Source: Bacillales bacterium
GTDB taxonomy: Bacteria; Bacillota; Bacilli; Bacillales; DASSOY01
DNA length: 64,000 nt
Reading direction: 5' to 3'
Assembly (NCBI GenBank): GCA_035700025.1
Contig: DASSOY010000072.1
Span: 80,771-144,770 of the forward strand
Shown: positions 22,291 through 32,327 of the stretch, one piece after another
Layout: the number at the start of each line of letters is the position of its first letter
Position numbering within the stretch: position 1 is the stretch's first letter
Position numbers and translations under genes: made by a program
Notes under the pieces: generated by a model
What the model saw: the letters and a program-made list of their open reading frames with translations, nothing else
What the model was told of the DNA's origin: nothing
The model's database searches: none

Positions 22291-23214
22291 ATGATGGAAC
22301 GGTTGGCGGCAATTGTCGGTCCAACGGCAGTTGGAAAAACGGAAGTGAGCGTTCAGGTCGCAAAGCGTCTGAACGGGGAAATCATTAACGGCGATTCCAT
22401 GCAAGTGTACCGGGGGATGGACATCGGCACGGCAAAAGTCTCGCAATCCGAAAAACAAGGGGTTCCGCATCATCTGTTCGATATTAAAGAACCGAACGAG
22501 CCATTTTCGGCATCGGAGTTTCAGGAGCTGGCGATTCCGCTCGTTTCCGAAATCAACGAACGCGGGCGGCTGCCGATTGTCGTAGGCGGAACGGGAATGT
22601 ACATAAAAGCGCTCACGCACCATTACAATTTTGCCGAAACGAATGCAAATCCGTCGTTACGGCGGGAAATGGAGCAATATGCCGAAGAAAACGGAAAACG
22701 AGCTTTGCATGAGAAATTGGTTTCGGTGGATCCGGAAAGCGCGCGAAAGATTCATCCGAACAATGTGAGAAGGGTGATTCGCGCCTTGGAAGTATACGAA
22801 ACGGCAGGAAAACCGGCAAGCGAGCAGCGCCGCCGGGAAACGAAGCCGCGTTATCGGCTGGCGACTGTAGGGTTGACGATGGAGCGCGACCTGTTGTACG
22901 AACGAATCAATCGCCGCGTCGATCACATGGTGGAAAATGGATTGTTTGCAGAAGCGCAGCGTTTGTTCGATGCCGGCGTGCAAAACTGTCCGTCCGTGCA
23001 GGCGATCGGTTATAAAGAGGTTTATGCGTATTTGCGCGGGGAATGTTCAAAAGAGGAAGCGATCGAAATGTTGAAGAAAAATTCGCGAAGATACGCGAAA
23101 AAACAATATACATGGTTTCGTCATCAAATGGACGTTCAATGGTTTCATGTAACAAAGGACGGTCCGAGGGAAAAAATTCCCGCCATCCTCGAATTTGTGG
23201 CAGGAACGTTCTAA
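22291..23214 (+). CDS. miaA: tRNA dimethylallyltransferase
   Basis: AAIVGPTAVGKTEVSVQVAKRLNGEIINGDSMQVYRGMDIGTAK; it lies directly upstream of hfq. Confidence 0.93.
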   Translation: MMERLAAIVGPTAVGKTEVSVQVAKRLNGEIINGDSMQVYRGMDIGTAKVSQSEKQGVPHHLFDIKEPNEPFSASEFQELAIPLVSEINERGRLPIVVGGTGMYIKALTHHYNFAETNANPSLRREMEQYAEENGKRALHEKLVSVDPESARKIHPNNVRRVIRALEVYETAGKPASEQRRRETKPRYRLATVGLTMERDLLYERINRRVDHMVENGLFAEAQRLFDAGVQNCPSVQAIGYKEVYAYLRGECSKEEAIEMLKKNSRRYAKKQYTWFRHQMDVQWFHVTKDGPREKIPAILEFVAGTF

Positions 23215-23259
23215 TTGATCGCGAACTAGTTAGTAATGGAAAAAGGGAGGACTGTCAAA

Positions 23260-23505
23260 ATGAAGCAATCCGTCAACATTCAAGACCAGTTTTTAAACCA
23301 GTTGCGCAAAGAAAACGTATACGTGACGGTGATCTTGCTCAACGGATTTCAATTGAAAGGGTTCATCAAAGGATTCGACAGCTTTACCGTCCTAGTGGAA
23401 TCCGACGGCAAACAACAACTCATTTTTAAACACGCGATATCCACGTTCTCGCCTCATAAACGCATTTCTTTGCAAGAGGGAAACGAAGAATCGGCGAGCG
23501 TCTAA
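23260..23505 (+). CDS. hfq: RNA chaperone Hfq
   Basis: ATG 23260 follows [69 protein letters not shown]. Confidence 0.95.
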   Translation: MKQSVNIQDQFLNQLRKENVYVTVILLNGFQLKGFIKGFDSFTVLVESDGKQQLIFKHAISTFSPHKRISLQEGNEESASV

Positions 23506-23516
23506 CACCCTTCCGC

Positions 23517-24506
23517 TTAACTCCCCCGAAAACGGGGGAGTTCGTCGTTTGCGGCGGCTGCGATGTATTTTTTTAACGAAACGATGGTTTTCATTCCTGT
23601 CAACGCTTGCACATCTTTGGCGTTTTCACCCGCTTGCAGCCGCCGCAAAATGCAAGTACGGCGCAAATGCTGCAACGAAATGCCGGCTCTCAGCCCCGCG
23701 CGTTTCACTTCTTGGCGGATCATTTTTTGTACGGCGATCTCCGTCAACCGTTTCGGCGCATCTTCCGAATAATCCCAGCGATACGTATTTCTTTGATAAT
23801 CGAAAGCGACAAACAATGGGTCCCGGCTTCGTCTGCGCGGCCTTACCGCCGGCGGGATTTTTTTATAATAAGCGAACACGAGCTTCATGTCCTCGGGTTT
23901 CAGGTGCAGCGTGCGGGCTGAGTGTCCGGTCGGTGCAATGTCGACGGTTTTCTTCTCGAAATGAACATCTTTCATGTTGATCGCCGTCAATTCCGCCAGC
24001 GTCATGCCGCAGGAAAGAACGATGCTTACGATCGCGAGGTTTCGGCTTGCCAAAAAGCTTCGCGATTCGATTTGCTGATCGCTTAGTCCGGAAAGGGAGG
24101 GGATCGACTCAAGCAATTGCGCCGCTTCTTGATCGGAAATGAAATCGGCTGCGGTGAAAGTGTCTTCATTGCTGTTCGAAACGTCCATTGGTTCGACGGG
24201 ATTTTCGGCGACCATACCGAGGGTCAGAAAATGTTCGTAAAATCTTTTCAAAACAGAGGTCACCCGCGCAACCGTTCGTTTTGAATACCGCTTCGTTTCT
24301 GTTAAATAAGCGAGATACGATGCCACATCTTCCGTGGTGCAATGCAGCCAAGTTTTTTCGGCAAACGCGGCACGAACCCACATAAAGTAATTTTCCAGAT
24401 CATATGCATACCTTCGTATCGTTGATGGACGACGGCCGGTTTTTTCCAACTCCGAGAAAAAGGATTGTGCAGCTTGCGGCAGTGAACGTTTGTTGACTAC
24501 ATCCAC
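23517..24506 (-). CDS. Tyrosine recombinase/phage-integrase-family protein with a degenerate catalytic set
   Basis: GTG 24506 is 6 nt after AAGGGGGTG, with TATAAT (complement of 24528-24533) upstream. N-terminal core-binding domain: RRPSTIRRYAYDLENYFMW, KRYSKRTVARVTSVLKRFYEHF. C-terminal domain: CGMTLAEL where Xer proteins have tGlRisEL, then HLRR (HxxR), TGM in place of LGH, and LKKY (Tyr). Confidence 0.8.
   Translation of the reverse strand: MDVVNKRSLPQAAQSFFSELEKTGRRPSTIRRYAYDLENYFMWVRAAFAEKTWLHCTTEDVASYLAYLTETKRYSKRTVARVTSVLKRFYEHFLTLGMVAENPVEPMDVSNSNEDTFTAADFISDQEAAQLLESIPSLSGLSDQQIESRSFLASRNLAIVSIVLSCGMTLAELTAINMKDVHFEKKTVDIAPTGHSARTLHLKPEDMKLVFAYYKKIPPAVRPRRRSRDPLFVAFDYQRNTYRWDYSEDAPKRLTEIAVQKMIRQEVKRAGLRAGISLQHLRRTCILRRLQAGENAKDVQALTGMKTIVSLKKYIAAAANDELPRFRGS
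23519..23542. terminator. GC-rich hairpin after hfq, terminator-like with a weak U tract
   Basis: AACTCCCCCG-AAAA-CGGGGGAGTT. It lies inside the last 8 codons of the convergent recombinase-like ORF. Confidence 0.5.
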
Positions 24507-24756
24507 ATGTCCCACCCCCTTGCAACCATTATAGCAAGGCGGGGAAATGTTGCCACCGTTGGGCAATTATTTCCCAGGTAAGCGCAAAAATTGACAAAAT
24601 ACATTCAATGCGGGTAATGATTCGACTAAAAATGGGGCTTTCTCGTCTTTGTTCGACGAAATCTGAAAACGAAAAAATGTTCGCTGGGCGTTTGTCACAA
24701 TTGTACCGACGCCGCCGTATACTGTGGGTGAACCGAATCGGAAGAGGTGATTCTCC

Positions 24757-25695
24757 TTGAACGAAGCCTTTACAACGAAACGAAAAGGACAAATTCATGT
24801 CATTTTGAATCAAGATACGGAGAGCGAACCGCCGGATTTCTTTACGAGCGAGGCTGAACGGAAAAAACATTATCCGCTTGAGAAAATACAAAAGGAATTG
24901 GACCATCTCGTCGGGCTGCAGGAATTGAAAAAATTAATAAAAGAAATTTACGCGTGGCTGTACATTAATCAACGGCGCGAACATAACGGCTTGAAAACGG
25001 AGAAACAATCGCTTCACATGGTGTTTAAAGGCAATCCCGGGACAGGGAAAACGACAGTGGCGAGATTACTTGGGAAGCTGTTTTATGAGATGAACGTCTT
25101 GTCGAAAGGGCATTTGGTCGAAGTGGAAAGAGGGGATCTTGTCGGGGAATATATCGGACACACGGCCCATAAAACACGGGAACTCGTCAAAAAAGCGAAA
25201 GGCGGTATATTGTTCATTGACGAAGCCTATTCGCTTGCGCGCGGAGGGGAAAAGGATTTCGGAAAAGAAGCAATCGACACACTCGTCAAACATATGGAAG
25301 ACGAACAGCATGAATTCATCCTCATTCTCGCTGGTTACTCATCGGAAATGGAACAGTTTCTGTCGGTAAATCCCGGTTTGCCTTCACGGTTTCCGATTCT
25401 CATCAGTTTTCCTGATTACAAAGTGAACGAATTGATGAGCATCGCCAAAAAAATGGCGGCGGAAAGAGATTATGTGTTAACGTTGGAAGCGGAACAGAAA
25501 ATCGAACAACAATTGCTCGCAGTGAAAAACCAGCAATACCGAACGTTCAGCAACGGCAGGTATGTGCGGAATTTGATCGAGAAAGCGATCCGCAATCAAA
25601 GTGTCCGCTTGTTGAGAGAAGGGGACCACGACAAAGAGCGTCTCATTACGTTGCGACCGGAGGATATTCCGTTCAAAGAAAACTTGTTACCATGA
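24757..25695 (+). CDS. spoVK: Stage V sporulation protein K (AAA+ ATPase)
   Basis: LVGLQELKKLIKEIYAWLYINQRR, Walker A GNPGTGKTTVARLLGKLF and Walker B ILFIDEAY. TTG start 6 nt after GAGGTGA. Confidence 0.85.
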   Translation: MNEAFTTKRKGQIHVILNQDTESEPPDFFTSEAERKKHYPLEKIQKELDHLVGLQELKKLIKEIYAWLYINQRREHNGLKTEKQSLHMVFKGNPGTGKTTVARLLGKLFYEMNVLSKGHLVEVERGDLVGEYIGHTAHKTRELVKKAKGGILFIDEAYSLARGGEKDFGKEAIDTLVKHMEDEQHEFILILAGYSSEMEQFLSVNPGLPSRFPILISFPDYKVNELMSIAKKMAAERDYVLTLEAEQKIEQQLLAVKNQQYRTFSNGRYVRNLIEKAIRNQSVRLLREGDHDKERLITLRPEDIPFKENLLP

Positions 25696-26996
25696 CGAAG
25701 CAGAAGGAAGGAAACGAATTGACGAACAAGAATCATCTCCGGCGGGAAAAAGTCGTTCTCGCCGGCTGTCAATTGCTTACACAATCGGATGAACGATTCG
25801 CTTCTTCCATGGAAGAACTGAAAGCGTTGACCGAGACCGCAAACGGCGTTGTCGCGGCAGTCATTACACAAAAAAGGGCGCGAAAAGATGCGGCCTTTGT
25901 GCTCGGAAAAGGAAAAGTCGCCGAACTCGCGGAAAAAGTGGACGAGTTGGAAGCGGAGACGGTAATTTTTAACGGAGAGCTTACTCCGTCCCAACTTGTC
26001 AATCTTTCCGGCCGGATCGGCGTCCATGTCATCGATCGAACCCAACTCATTCTTGACATTTTCGCGGTGCGCGCACGGTCGCGGGAAGGAAAATTGCAAG
26101 TGGAGTTGGCGCAGCTGAATTATTTATTGCCGCGCTTGTCGGGTAAAGGCAAAGCATTGTCACGGCTCGGAGGCGGCATTGGAACGAGAGGTCCGGGCGA
26201 AACGAAACTTGAGCAAGACCGCCGTTACATTCGTCGGCGGATTGCCGATATTAAACGTCAACTCGATACGATCGTGCGGCATCGAGAACGGTATCGAGAA
26301 CGAAGGAAGCGCAACCAGCTTTTTCAAATCGCACTCGTCGGCTACACGAATGCCGGAAAGACGACGTTGTTCAATGCGATAACAGACGCTGGCGGCACGG
26401 CGGAAAATCAGCTGTTTGCCACGTTGGATCCGTTGACGCGCCGCTTTCAACTGCCTTCCGGCCTTGAAGTCGTCATAAGCGATACCGTCGGTTTCATTCA
26501 AGATTTGCCGACTTCTCTCGTCGCTGCTTTTCGGTCCACGCTCGAGGAAGTGAAAGAAGCAGATCTTATTTTACATGTCATTGACGCTTCGCATCCGGAT
26601 TTCCTCCAACACGAGAAGACGGTTCTCGATTTGCTGGACGATCTAGATGCCGGCCATCTGCCAGCATTGGCGGTATACAACAAAACGGATAAGGTGGACG
26701 AAACGTTCATTCCCTCGCCGGGCATGAAAGCGATCCGAATGTCCGCCAAAAGTGACCGGGATGTCGAACGGCTGAAGGACGAAATCGAACGGTGCGTGAA
26801 AGATGAAATGGTTTATTTTGAGGCATCGATCCCGCTCGAAAACGGAAAATTTCTAGCGAAACTGCGGACACGCGCCGTCGTTGCGGAACAGACGACGAAC
26901 GAGGAACGTGAAACGATCAGCGTGAAAGGGTATACGTTTCGGGATCGACCGCTGCATGAGCAATTAAAACCATTCATTCGGGAGCATGGAAGATGA
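25692..26996 (+). CDS. hflX: GTPase HflX
   Basis: GIGTRGPGETKLEQDRR and G1 motif VGYTNAGKTTLFN, then DTVGFI. ATGA overlap with spoVK. Confidence 0.9.
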   Translation: MTKQKEGNELTNKNHLRREKVVLAGCQLLTQSDERFASSMEELKALTETANGVVAAVITQKRARKDAAFVLGKGKVAELAEKVDELEAETVIFNGELTPSQLVNLSGRIGVHVIDRTQLILDIFAVRARSREGKLQVELAQLNYLLPRLSGKGKALSRLGGGIGTRGPGETKLEQDRRYIRRRIADIKRQLDTIVRHRERYRERRKRNQLFQIALVGYTNAGKTTLFNAITDAGGTAENQLFATLDPLTRRFQLPSGLEVVISDTVGFIQDLPTSLVAAFRSTLEEVKEADLILHVIDASHPDFLQHEKTVLDLLDDLDAGHLPALAVYNKTDKVDETFIPSPGMKAIRMSAKSDRDVERLKDEIERCVKDEMVYFEASIPLENGKFLAKLRTRAVVAEQTTNEERETISVKGYTFRDRPLHEQLKPFIREHGR

Positions 26997-28234
26997 AGAA
27001 GAAAAATTTCGACCAAGCTTTACGCGAAACGGAGCATAAAATTGCGCCCATCCATCGTGAAATTGAACGGATCGCTGAAATCAACCAAAAAAAAGTTCTT
27101 GACGGGTTCCGGCGCCGAAAAGTGAGCGAATCGCATTTTCACCCGTCGACCGGCTATGGCTATGATGATGCAGGAAGAGATACCCTCGAGGCGGTATATG
27201 CAGATATTTTCGGAGCGGAAGAGGCGCTTGTCCGGCCGCAAATCGTATCGGGAACCCATGCGATCACGACAGCCCTGTTCGGCGTACTCCGGCCCGGCGA
27301 CGAATTGTTGTTCATCTCCGGCACACCCTATGACACGCTCGAAGAAATTATTGGACTTCGTGGTACGGCGAGCGGTTCATTGCGGGAATTTCAAATCGAT
27401 TGCCGGATCGTCGAATTGAATGATGAGGGCGGCATCAATTTGCCGGCGGTGAATGATGCGATTCACGATAACACGAAAATGGTAGCGATTCAACGATCAC
27501 GCGGGTACGATCAACGACCTTCGATCACGGTTGCGGAAATCGAAACGGCCGTACGAGGGATTCGTGAGCGACATCCGAACATCGTCGTATTTGTGGACAA
27601 TTGCTACGGCGAATTCGTTGAACCTTTGGAACCGACGAATGTGGGCGTTGATTTAATGGCCGGTTCGTTGATCAAAAATCCCGGAGGCGGTCTGGCAAAA
27701 ACCGGCGGTTATCTCGCCGGCAAGGCGAAGTTGATTGAGCGATGCGCGTGTCGCCTGACCGCACCCGGACTCGGAAAAGAGACGGGAGCGACGCTCGCTG
27801 CGCTTCCGGATATGTTTCAAGGCTTCTTTTTGGCGCCGCACGTCGTTGCACAAGCCTTAAAAGGCGCAGTTTTCACAGCTGCTTTGTTAGAACATTGCGG
27901 GTTTGAAACGAGCCCGAAATACAACGAACCGAGAACGGATTTAATTCAAGCCGTTCATTTTCATGATCGCAAACGGATGATTGCCTTTTGTCAAGCCGTA
28001 CAAGCCGCTTCACCGGTTAACGCATACGTGAATCCTCAGCCGAGTCCGATGCCTGGATACGAAAGTGAAGTTATTATGGCGGCCGGTACGTTTGTCCAAG
28101 GATCAAGCATCGAATTGTCCGCGGATGGGCCGCTCCGACAGCCGTACACTGCCTATGTTCAAGGCGGATTGACCTATGAACATGTAAAAATTGCTGTTAC
28201 GGAAGCCGCTAAACAAATGTTGTTTGGAATGTAA
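26993..28234 (+). CDS. ynbB: YnbB-like PLP-dependent protein (aluminium-resistance / Cys-Met metabolism family)
   Basis: HFHPSTGYGYDDAGRDTLE and SLIKNPGGGLAKTGGY. It lies between hflX and glnR, as in B. subtilis. Confidence 0.85.
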   Translation: MKKKNFDQALRETEHKIAPIHREIERIAEINQKKVLDGFRRRKVSESHFHPSTGYGYDDAGRDTLEAVYADIFGAEEALVRPQIVSGTHAITTALFGVLRPGDELLFISGTPYDTLEEIIGLRGTASGSLREFQIDCRIVELNDEGGINLPAVNDAIHDNTKMVAIQRSRGYDQRPSITVAEIETAVRGIRERHPNIVVFVDNCYGEFVEPLEPTNVGVDLMAGSLIKNPGGGLAKTGGYLAGKAKLIERCACRLTAPGLGKETGATLAALPDMFQGFFLAPHVVAQALKGAVFTAALLEHCGFETSPKYNEPRTDLIQAVHFHDRKRMIAFCQAVQAASPVNAYVNPQPSPMPGYESEVIMAAGTFVQGSSIELSADGPLRQPYTAYVQGGLTYEHVKIAVTEAAKQMLFGM

Positions 28235-28246
28235 GCTTTCCTAACA
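28230..28246. promoter_or_regulatory. GlnR/TnrA operator (glnRAo1-like)
   Basis: TGTAAGCTTTCCTAACA is a perfect match to TGTnAn7TnACA. It overlaps the ynbB TAA and ends 4 nt before the -35. Confidence 0.7.
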
Positions 28247-28250
28247 TCTC

Positions 28251-28279
28251 TTGACAAGTAAGTGGAGTTGTCGTAAACT
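28251..28279 (+). promoter_or_regulatory. Sigma-A promoter of glnRA
   Basis: TTGACA (28251-28256), 17 nt spacer, TAAACT (28274-28279). Confidence 0.6.
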
Positions 28280-28285
28280 GTAACT
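28269..28285. promoter_or_regulatory. Second, weaker GlnR/TnrA-like site overlapping the -10 (glnRAo2-like)
   Basis: TGTCGTAAACTGTAACT has 2 mismatches to TGTnAn7TnACA. Confidence 0.45.
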
Positions 28286-28333
28286 AAGCGAAAAGGGCAT
28301 GCGGTACATAGCAAACGGAAGGAGGGATAGAGC

Positions 28334-28729
28334 GTGAATGATGAAGTTCGCCGTAACATGCCGCTTTTTCCAATCGGAACCGTTATACAACTGACGGAGC
28401 TTTCTGCAAGGCAAATTCGCTATTATGAACAGCATGGATTAATCCACCCGACAAGAACGAAAGGCAATCAACGGTTGTTTTCTTTCCGTGATGTTGATAC
28501 TTTGCTTGAGATCAAGAAACTCGTTGAAGACGGGGTAAACTTGGCAGGCATTAAACAAATTTTCAACATGAAGAGAGAGGCTGAAGCATTGCCGGCAGCA
28601 GTGGAAACGACGAAAGAAAAGATGAGTGACGAACAGTTAATGAAGTATTTGAAGAAAGAATTAATCCATGCAGGGAAACAAGGGAAGGCTTCGCTCATTC
28701 AAGGTGAATTGTCTAGGTTTTTTCATTAA
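28334..28729 (+). CDS. glnR: MerR-family nitrogen regulator GlnR
   Basis: [58 protein letters not shown] start after GGAAGGAGGG. Confidence 0.93.
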   Translation: MNDEVRRNMPLFPIGTVIQLTELSARQIRYYEQHGLIHPTRTKGNQRLFSFRDVDTLLEIKKLVEDGVNLAGIKQIFNMKREAEALPAAVETTKEKMSDEQLMKYLKKELIHAGKQGKASLIQGELSRFFH

Positions 28730-28776
28730 TGAAAATAGGACGAGATGTATGAAATTTAAGGAGGAGAAACCTGCCG

Positions 28777-30111
28777 ATGGGTAACTATTCAAGGGAAGAC
28801 ATTTTGAAAATTGCCGATGAGCAAGACGTTCGTTACATTCGTTTGCAATTCACGGACATGCTCGGCATCATTAAGAACGTGGAAATTCCAGTCGATCAAT
28901 TGGGGAAAGCACTCGACAACGAAATGATGTTTGATGGATCATCGATCGAAGGCTTCGTCCGTATCGAAGAATCCGACATGAAATTGTTTCCCGATCTCGA
29001 TTCATGGGTCATATTTCCGTGGACGCCGGAAAAGGGAAAAGTCGCCCGTTTAATCTGCGACGTACACAATCCGGACGGAACGCCTTTTGAAGGGGATCCG
29101 CGCGGCATTTTGAAAAGAGTACTGAAAGACATGGAAAGACTCGGGTTTTCCGATTTCAATATCGGACCGGAACCGGAATTTTTCTTGTTCAAGATGGACG
29201 AGAACGGGGAACCGACGCTTGAGTTGAACGACAAAGGCGGCTATTTCGATCTGGCGCCGACGGATCTCGGCGAGAATTGCCGCCGCGACATCGTGCTTGA
29301 GCTTGAGGACATGGGCTTTGAAATCGAAGCTTCTCATCATGAAGTCGCTCCGGGACAACACGAAATTGATTTTAAATATGCGGATGCTGTGACGACATGC
29401 GACAACATTCAAACGTTCAAACTCGTCGTGAAAACGATCGCTCGCAAGCATGGCTTGCATGCGACGTTCATGCCGAAACCATTGTTCGGCGTTAACGGAT
29501 CGGGCATGCATTCAAACATGTCGCTATTTAAAGGAAAGGAAAATGCTTTCTATGACGAGAAGAGCGAGCTCGGTTTGAGCGAAACCGCGATGCAATTTTT
29601 GGCTGGCATCATTAAGCATGCCCAAGGATTCACCGCGATTACGAACCCGCTCGTCAATTCGTACAAACGATTGGTTCCCGGCTATGAAGCGCCGTCCTAT
29701 ATCGCTTGGTCGCTGAGAAACAGAAGCCCGCTCATTCGCATTCCGGCCTCGCGCGGATTGAGCACGCGAATCGAAGTTCGCAGCGTTGATCCATCGGCTA
29801 ACCCGTATTTGGCGATGGCTGTCTTGTTGGCATCAGGTCTTGACGGTGTCGAAAACAAGTTGACACCGCCGGCACCGGTCGACCGCAACATTTACGTCAT
29901 GGACGACGAGGAACTCGAGAAGGAAGGCATTAAGCAGCTTCCTGCGACGTTGAAAGGTGCATTGGAGCATTTCCGGAAAGACGAAGTGCTGTTGAGAGCG
30001 TTAGGCGCTCATGCTTCCGAACACTTTATCGAAGCGAAAGAAATTGAGTGGGACATGTTCCGCACGCAAGTGCATCCGTGGGAACGCGAACAGTATTTGA
30101 CTTCTTATTAA
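28777..30111 (+). CDS. glnA: Glutamine synthetase type I
   Basis: [41 protein letters not shown] and NRSPLIRIP. Confidence 0.97.
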   Translation: MGNYSREDILKIADEQDVRYIRLQFTDMLGIIKNVEIPVDQLGKALDNEMMFDGSSIEGFVRIEESDMKLFPDLDSWVIFPWTPEKGKVARLICDVHNPDGTPFEGDPRGILKRVLKDMERLGFSDFNIGPEPEFFLFKMDENGEPTLELNDKGGYFDLAPTDLGENCRRDIVLELEDMGFEIEASHHEVAPGQHEIDFKYADAVTTCDNIQTFKLVVKTIARKHGLHATFMPKPLFGVNGSGMHSNMSLFKGKENAFYDEKSELGLSETAMQFLAGIIKHAQGFTAITNPLVNSYKRLVPGYEAPSYIAWSLRNRSPLIRIPASRGLSTRIEVRSVDPSANPYLAMAVLLASGLDGVENKLTPPAPVDRNIYVMDDEELEKEGIKQLPATLKGALEHFRKDEVLLRALGAHASEHFIEAKEIEWDMFRTQVHPWEREQYLTSY

Positions 30112-30120
30112 GCTTTGAAT

Positions 30121-30155
30121 CCCTTGACACCCTTGGTGTTGAGGGGTTTTTATTT
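30121..30155 (+). terminator. Rho-independent terminator of glnRA
   Basis: CCCTTGACACC-CTT-GGTGTTGAGGG (two G-U pairs) followed by TTTTTATTTT. Confidence 0.75.
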
Positions 30156-30414
30156 TATAAATCGATCTGCGGCAATGGATTCACTCACTAAAATAAAGAT
30201 TGACGTACGAACGAGGGGAAGGATTGGCTAATGATTGAAAGCGAAGCAGGTTATTCGCGGTGAAGGACGGAAACGAATCATCGGCTCCCAATGAAAAATT
30301 GGAAGTGTAGTTTGCCGGAAAAAATAAAAAAATCGGTAGGCGTTATTTTCATTTTCAAGAATGTTCTATACAATTGAGATACAAAAACATAACAGAGAAC
30401 GAGGAGTGGAGTGA

Positions 30415-31515
30415 ATGGATAAACAAATCAACCGAGCTTTGAATTTTAATCCGGGCCCGACGGCGTTGCCGCCGGAGGTGCTTCGTGAAGCACGGGAACA
30501 GTTCATGAACTACCGAAACACCGGCATGTCGGTGATGGAATTGAGCCATCGCAGTGCCGTTTACGAAGAGATTCACAACGGGGCGATCCGCAGGCTTCGC
30601 GAATTGCTCGGCATTAGTGACGAGTATAAGGTCCTCTTCTTGCAAGGCGGAGCAAGTTTGCAGTTTGGCATGATTCCGCTCAATTTTCTAGGAAGCGGGC
30701 AATATGCCAACTACTTGTTGACCGGAAGCTGGTCGGAAAAAGCACAGAAGGAAGCGAATGTCGTCGGGGAAACGTTTGTCGGCGGCTCATCGAAAGAGAA
30801 CAGCTACCGAAACATTCCCGATCGCGTGAAGTTGTTCGCCGAGGACAGAAAACCCGAATATGTCCACGTGACATCAAACAATACGATCTACGGTACACAA
30901 TGGAGGAAATTCCCAGATACGCAGGACATTCCACTCGTAGCCGACATGTCGAGCGATATTTTATCGAGAAAAATAGAGGTGGACAAGTTTTCGCTCATTT
31001 ATGCAGGGGCGCAAAAAAATCTCGGTCCATCCGGCGTAACATTGGTCATTCTGCATGAAAAGATGTTGACGAAAGAGAAGAACGAGACGCCGAACATTTT
31101 AAAATACAGTACGCATGCGAAAAAAAATTCATTGTACCACACGCCGCCCACGTTTTCGATTTACATGCTCGGATTAATGGCAGAGTGGGTGCAGCGGCAA
31201 GGGGGGCTGGAAGCGGTCGAAAAACGGAATGAATGGAAAGCGAGTCTTATTTACGACGCGATTGATGAAAGTGACGGCTTTTATGCCGGTCATGCGGAAG
31301 AAAACAGCCGCTCGCTCATGAACATTACGTTCCGGCTCAAATCCGAAGCGCTCGAACGTCAGTTTCTGCAGGAAGCCAAATCGTACGGATTTGTTGGTTT
31401 GAACGGCCACCGTTCGGTCGGAGGCTGCCGCGTTTCTCTATACAATGCCGTTTCTCCGGAACAATGCGAAACATTGCGGGATTTCATGGACGAATTTCGG
31501 CGACGAAATCAATAA
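30415..31515 (+). CDS. serC: Phosphoserine aminotransferase
   Basis: LNFNPGPTALPPEVL, SHRS, QGGASLQF and the PLP lysine context GAQKNLGPSG. Confidence 0.93.
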   Translation: MDKQINRALNFNPGPTALPPEVLREAREQFMNYRNTGMSVMELSHRSAVYEEIHNGAIRRLRELLGISDEYKVLFLQGGASLQFGMIPLNFLGSGQYANYLLTGSWSEKAQKEANVVGETFVGGSSKENSYRNIPDRVKLFAEDRKPEYVHVTSNNTIYGTQWRKFPDTQDIPLVADMSSDILSRKIEVDKFSLIYAGAQKNLGPSGVTLVILHEKMLTKEKNETPNILKYSTHAKKNSLYHTPPTFSIYMLGLMAEWVQRQGGLEAVEKRNEWKASLIYDAIDESDGFYAGHAEENSRSLMNITFRLKSEALERQFLQEAKSYGFVGLNGHRSVGGCRVSLYNAVSPEQCETLRDFMDEFRRRNQ

Positions 31516-31517
31516 AT

Positions 31518-31548
31518 GAAAGGCGCGGCCGTGCGGCCGCGCTTTTTG
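31518..31548. terminator. Bidirectional terminator between serC and lexA
   Basis: AAAG-GCGCGGCC-GTGC-GGCCGCGC-TTTTT. Confidence 0.85.
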
Positions 31549-31582
31549 CGTTTTTCTCATTCCACTCGCCGTACAGCCTCCA

Positions 31583-32206
31583 TCAATAAACCGCTCGAAA
31601 GACGCCGATCACTTTACCGATGATCGTCACGTTGTCCAAAAGGATCGGTTCGAGCGCTTCATTTTCGGGTTGCAGACGAATATGGTCTTTTTCTTTGTAA
31701 AACCGTTTCACCGTCGCCTCGTAATCTTCCGTCATTGCAACGACAATATCGCCGTTGTTTGCGTTCGGCTGCTGCTTGACGATGACCATGTCGCCGTCGA
31801 GGATTCCCGCATCGATCATACTGTCGCCGACGACGTTCAAGATGAATACATTGTCATCTTCCGAGAAAAACCGTTCCGGCAGCGGCAAATATTCCTCAAC
31901 ATTTTCGATGGCCGTAATCGGTTCACCGGCCGTTACTTTTCCGACAACCGGCACTTGAACGGAACCGCTTTTCCGCACGTTCGAATTGAGATCGTCGTCA
32001 AGCACCTCGATTGCGCGCGGCTTCGTGGGATCGCGTCTGATCAGTCCTTTCTTCTCCAATCGGTCCAAATGGCCGTGTACGGTTGAACTGGAAGCGAGAC
32101 CGACAGCTGTTCCGATCTCTCTTACCGAAGGCGGGTACCCTTTTTTCAAAACTTCTGATTTTATAAATTGTAAAATATCGTTTTGTCGTTTCGACATCTT
32201 CTTCAT
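31583..32206 (-). CDS. lexA: SOS repressor LexA
   Basis: [16 protein letters not shown]...[46 protein letters not shown]. Cleavage and catalytic region VAGEP..GDSM..NGD.V. RBS GAGGTGA. Confidence 0.96.
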   Translation of the reverse strand: MKKMSKRQNDILQFIKSEVLKKGYPPSVREIGTAVGLASSSTVHGHLDRLEKKGLIRRDPTKPRAIEVLDDDLNSNVRKSGSVQVPVVGKVTAGEPITAIENVEEYLPLPERFFSEDDNVFILNVVGDSMIDAGILDGDMVIVKQQPNANNGDIVVAMTEDYEATVKRFYKEKDHIRLQPENEALEPILLDNVTIIGKVIGVFRAVY

Positions 32207-32269
32207 AGATTCACCTCATCGTCGTATCGCTCAATTTAAAAAAATTATATCAAAGGTTGAAAAAAAAGA

Positions 32270-32283
32270 CAAACATAAGTTCG
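32270..32283. promoter_or_regulatory. LexA (Cheo) box 1 in the lexA/yneA divergent region
   Basis: CAAACATAAGTTCG versus CGAACnnnnGTTCG, 1 mismatch in the core GAAC-N4-GTTC. Confidence 0.6.
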
Positions 32284-32292
32284 AATTTTTAG

Positions 32293-32321
32293 TTGACAAG
32301 AATGTTTGTTCGCCTTATGAT
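32293..32321 (+). promoter_or_regulatory. Sigma-A promoter of yneA
   Basis: TTGACA (32293-32298), 17 nt spacer, TATGAT (32316-32321). Confidence 0.55.
32299..32312. promoter_or_regulatory. LexA (Cheo) box 2, between the -35 and -10 of yneA
   Basis: AGAATGTTTGTTCG (GAAT-N4-GTTC). Confidence 0.6.
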
Positions 32322-32327
32322 AAAACG

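Noticed and set aside
23517-24756. The integrase-like gene as the edge of a prophage, ICE or transposon.
   Set aside because: No cargo genes, terminal repeats or tRNA target are present. The conserved neighbours hfq and spoVK are only 1.25 kb apart. I therefore did not annotate it as a mobile element, only as a lone recombinase-like CDS.
30156-30414. The 260 nt gap upstream of serC, considered as a possible regulatory RNA or small ORF (MIESEAGYSR).
   Set aside because: There is no recognisable riboswitch core, no convincing hairpin/terminator pair, and the 10-codon ORF has no supporting features.
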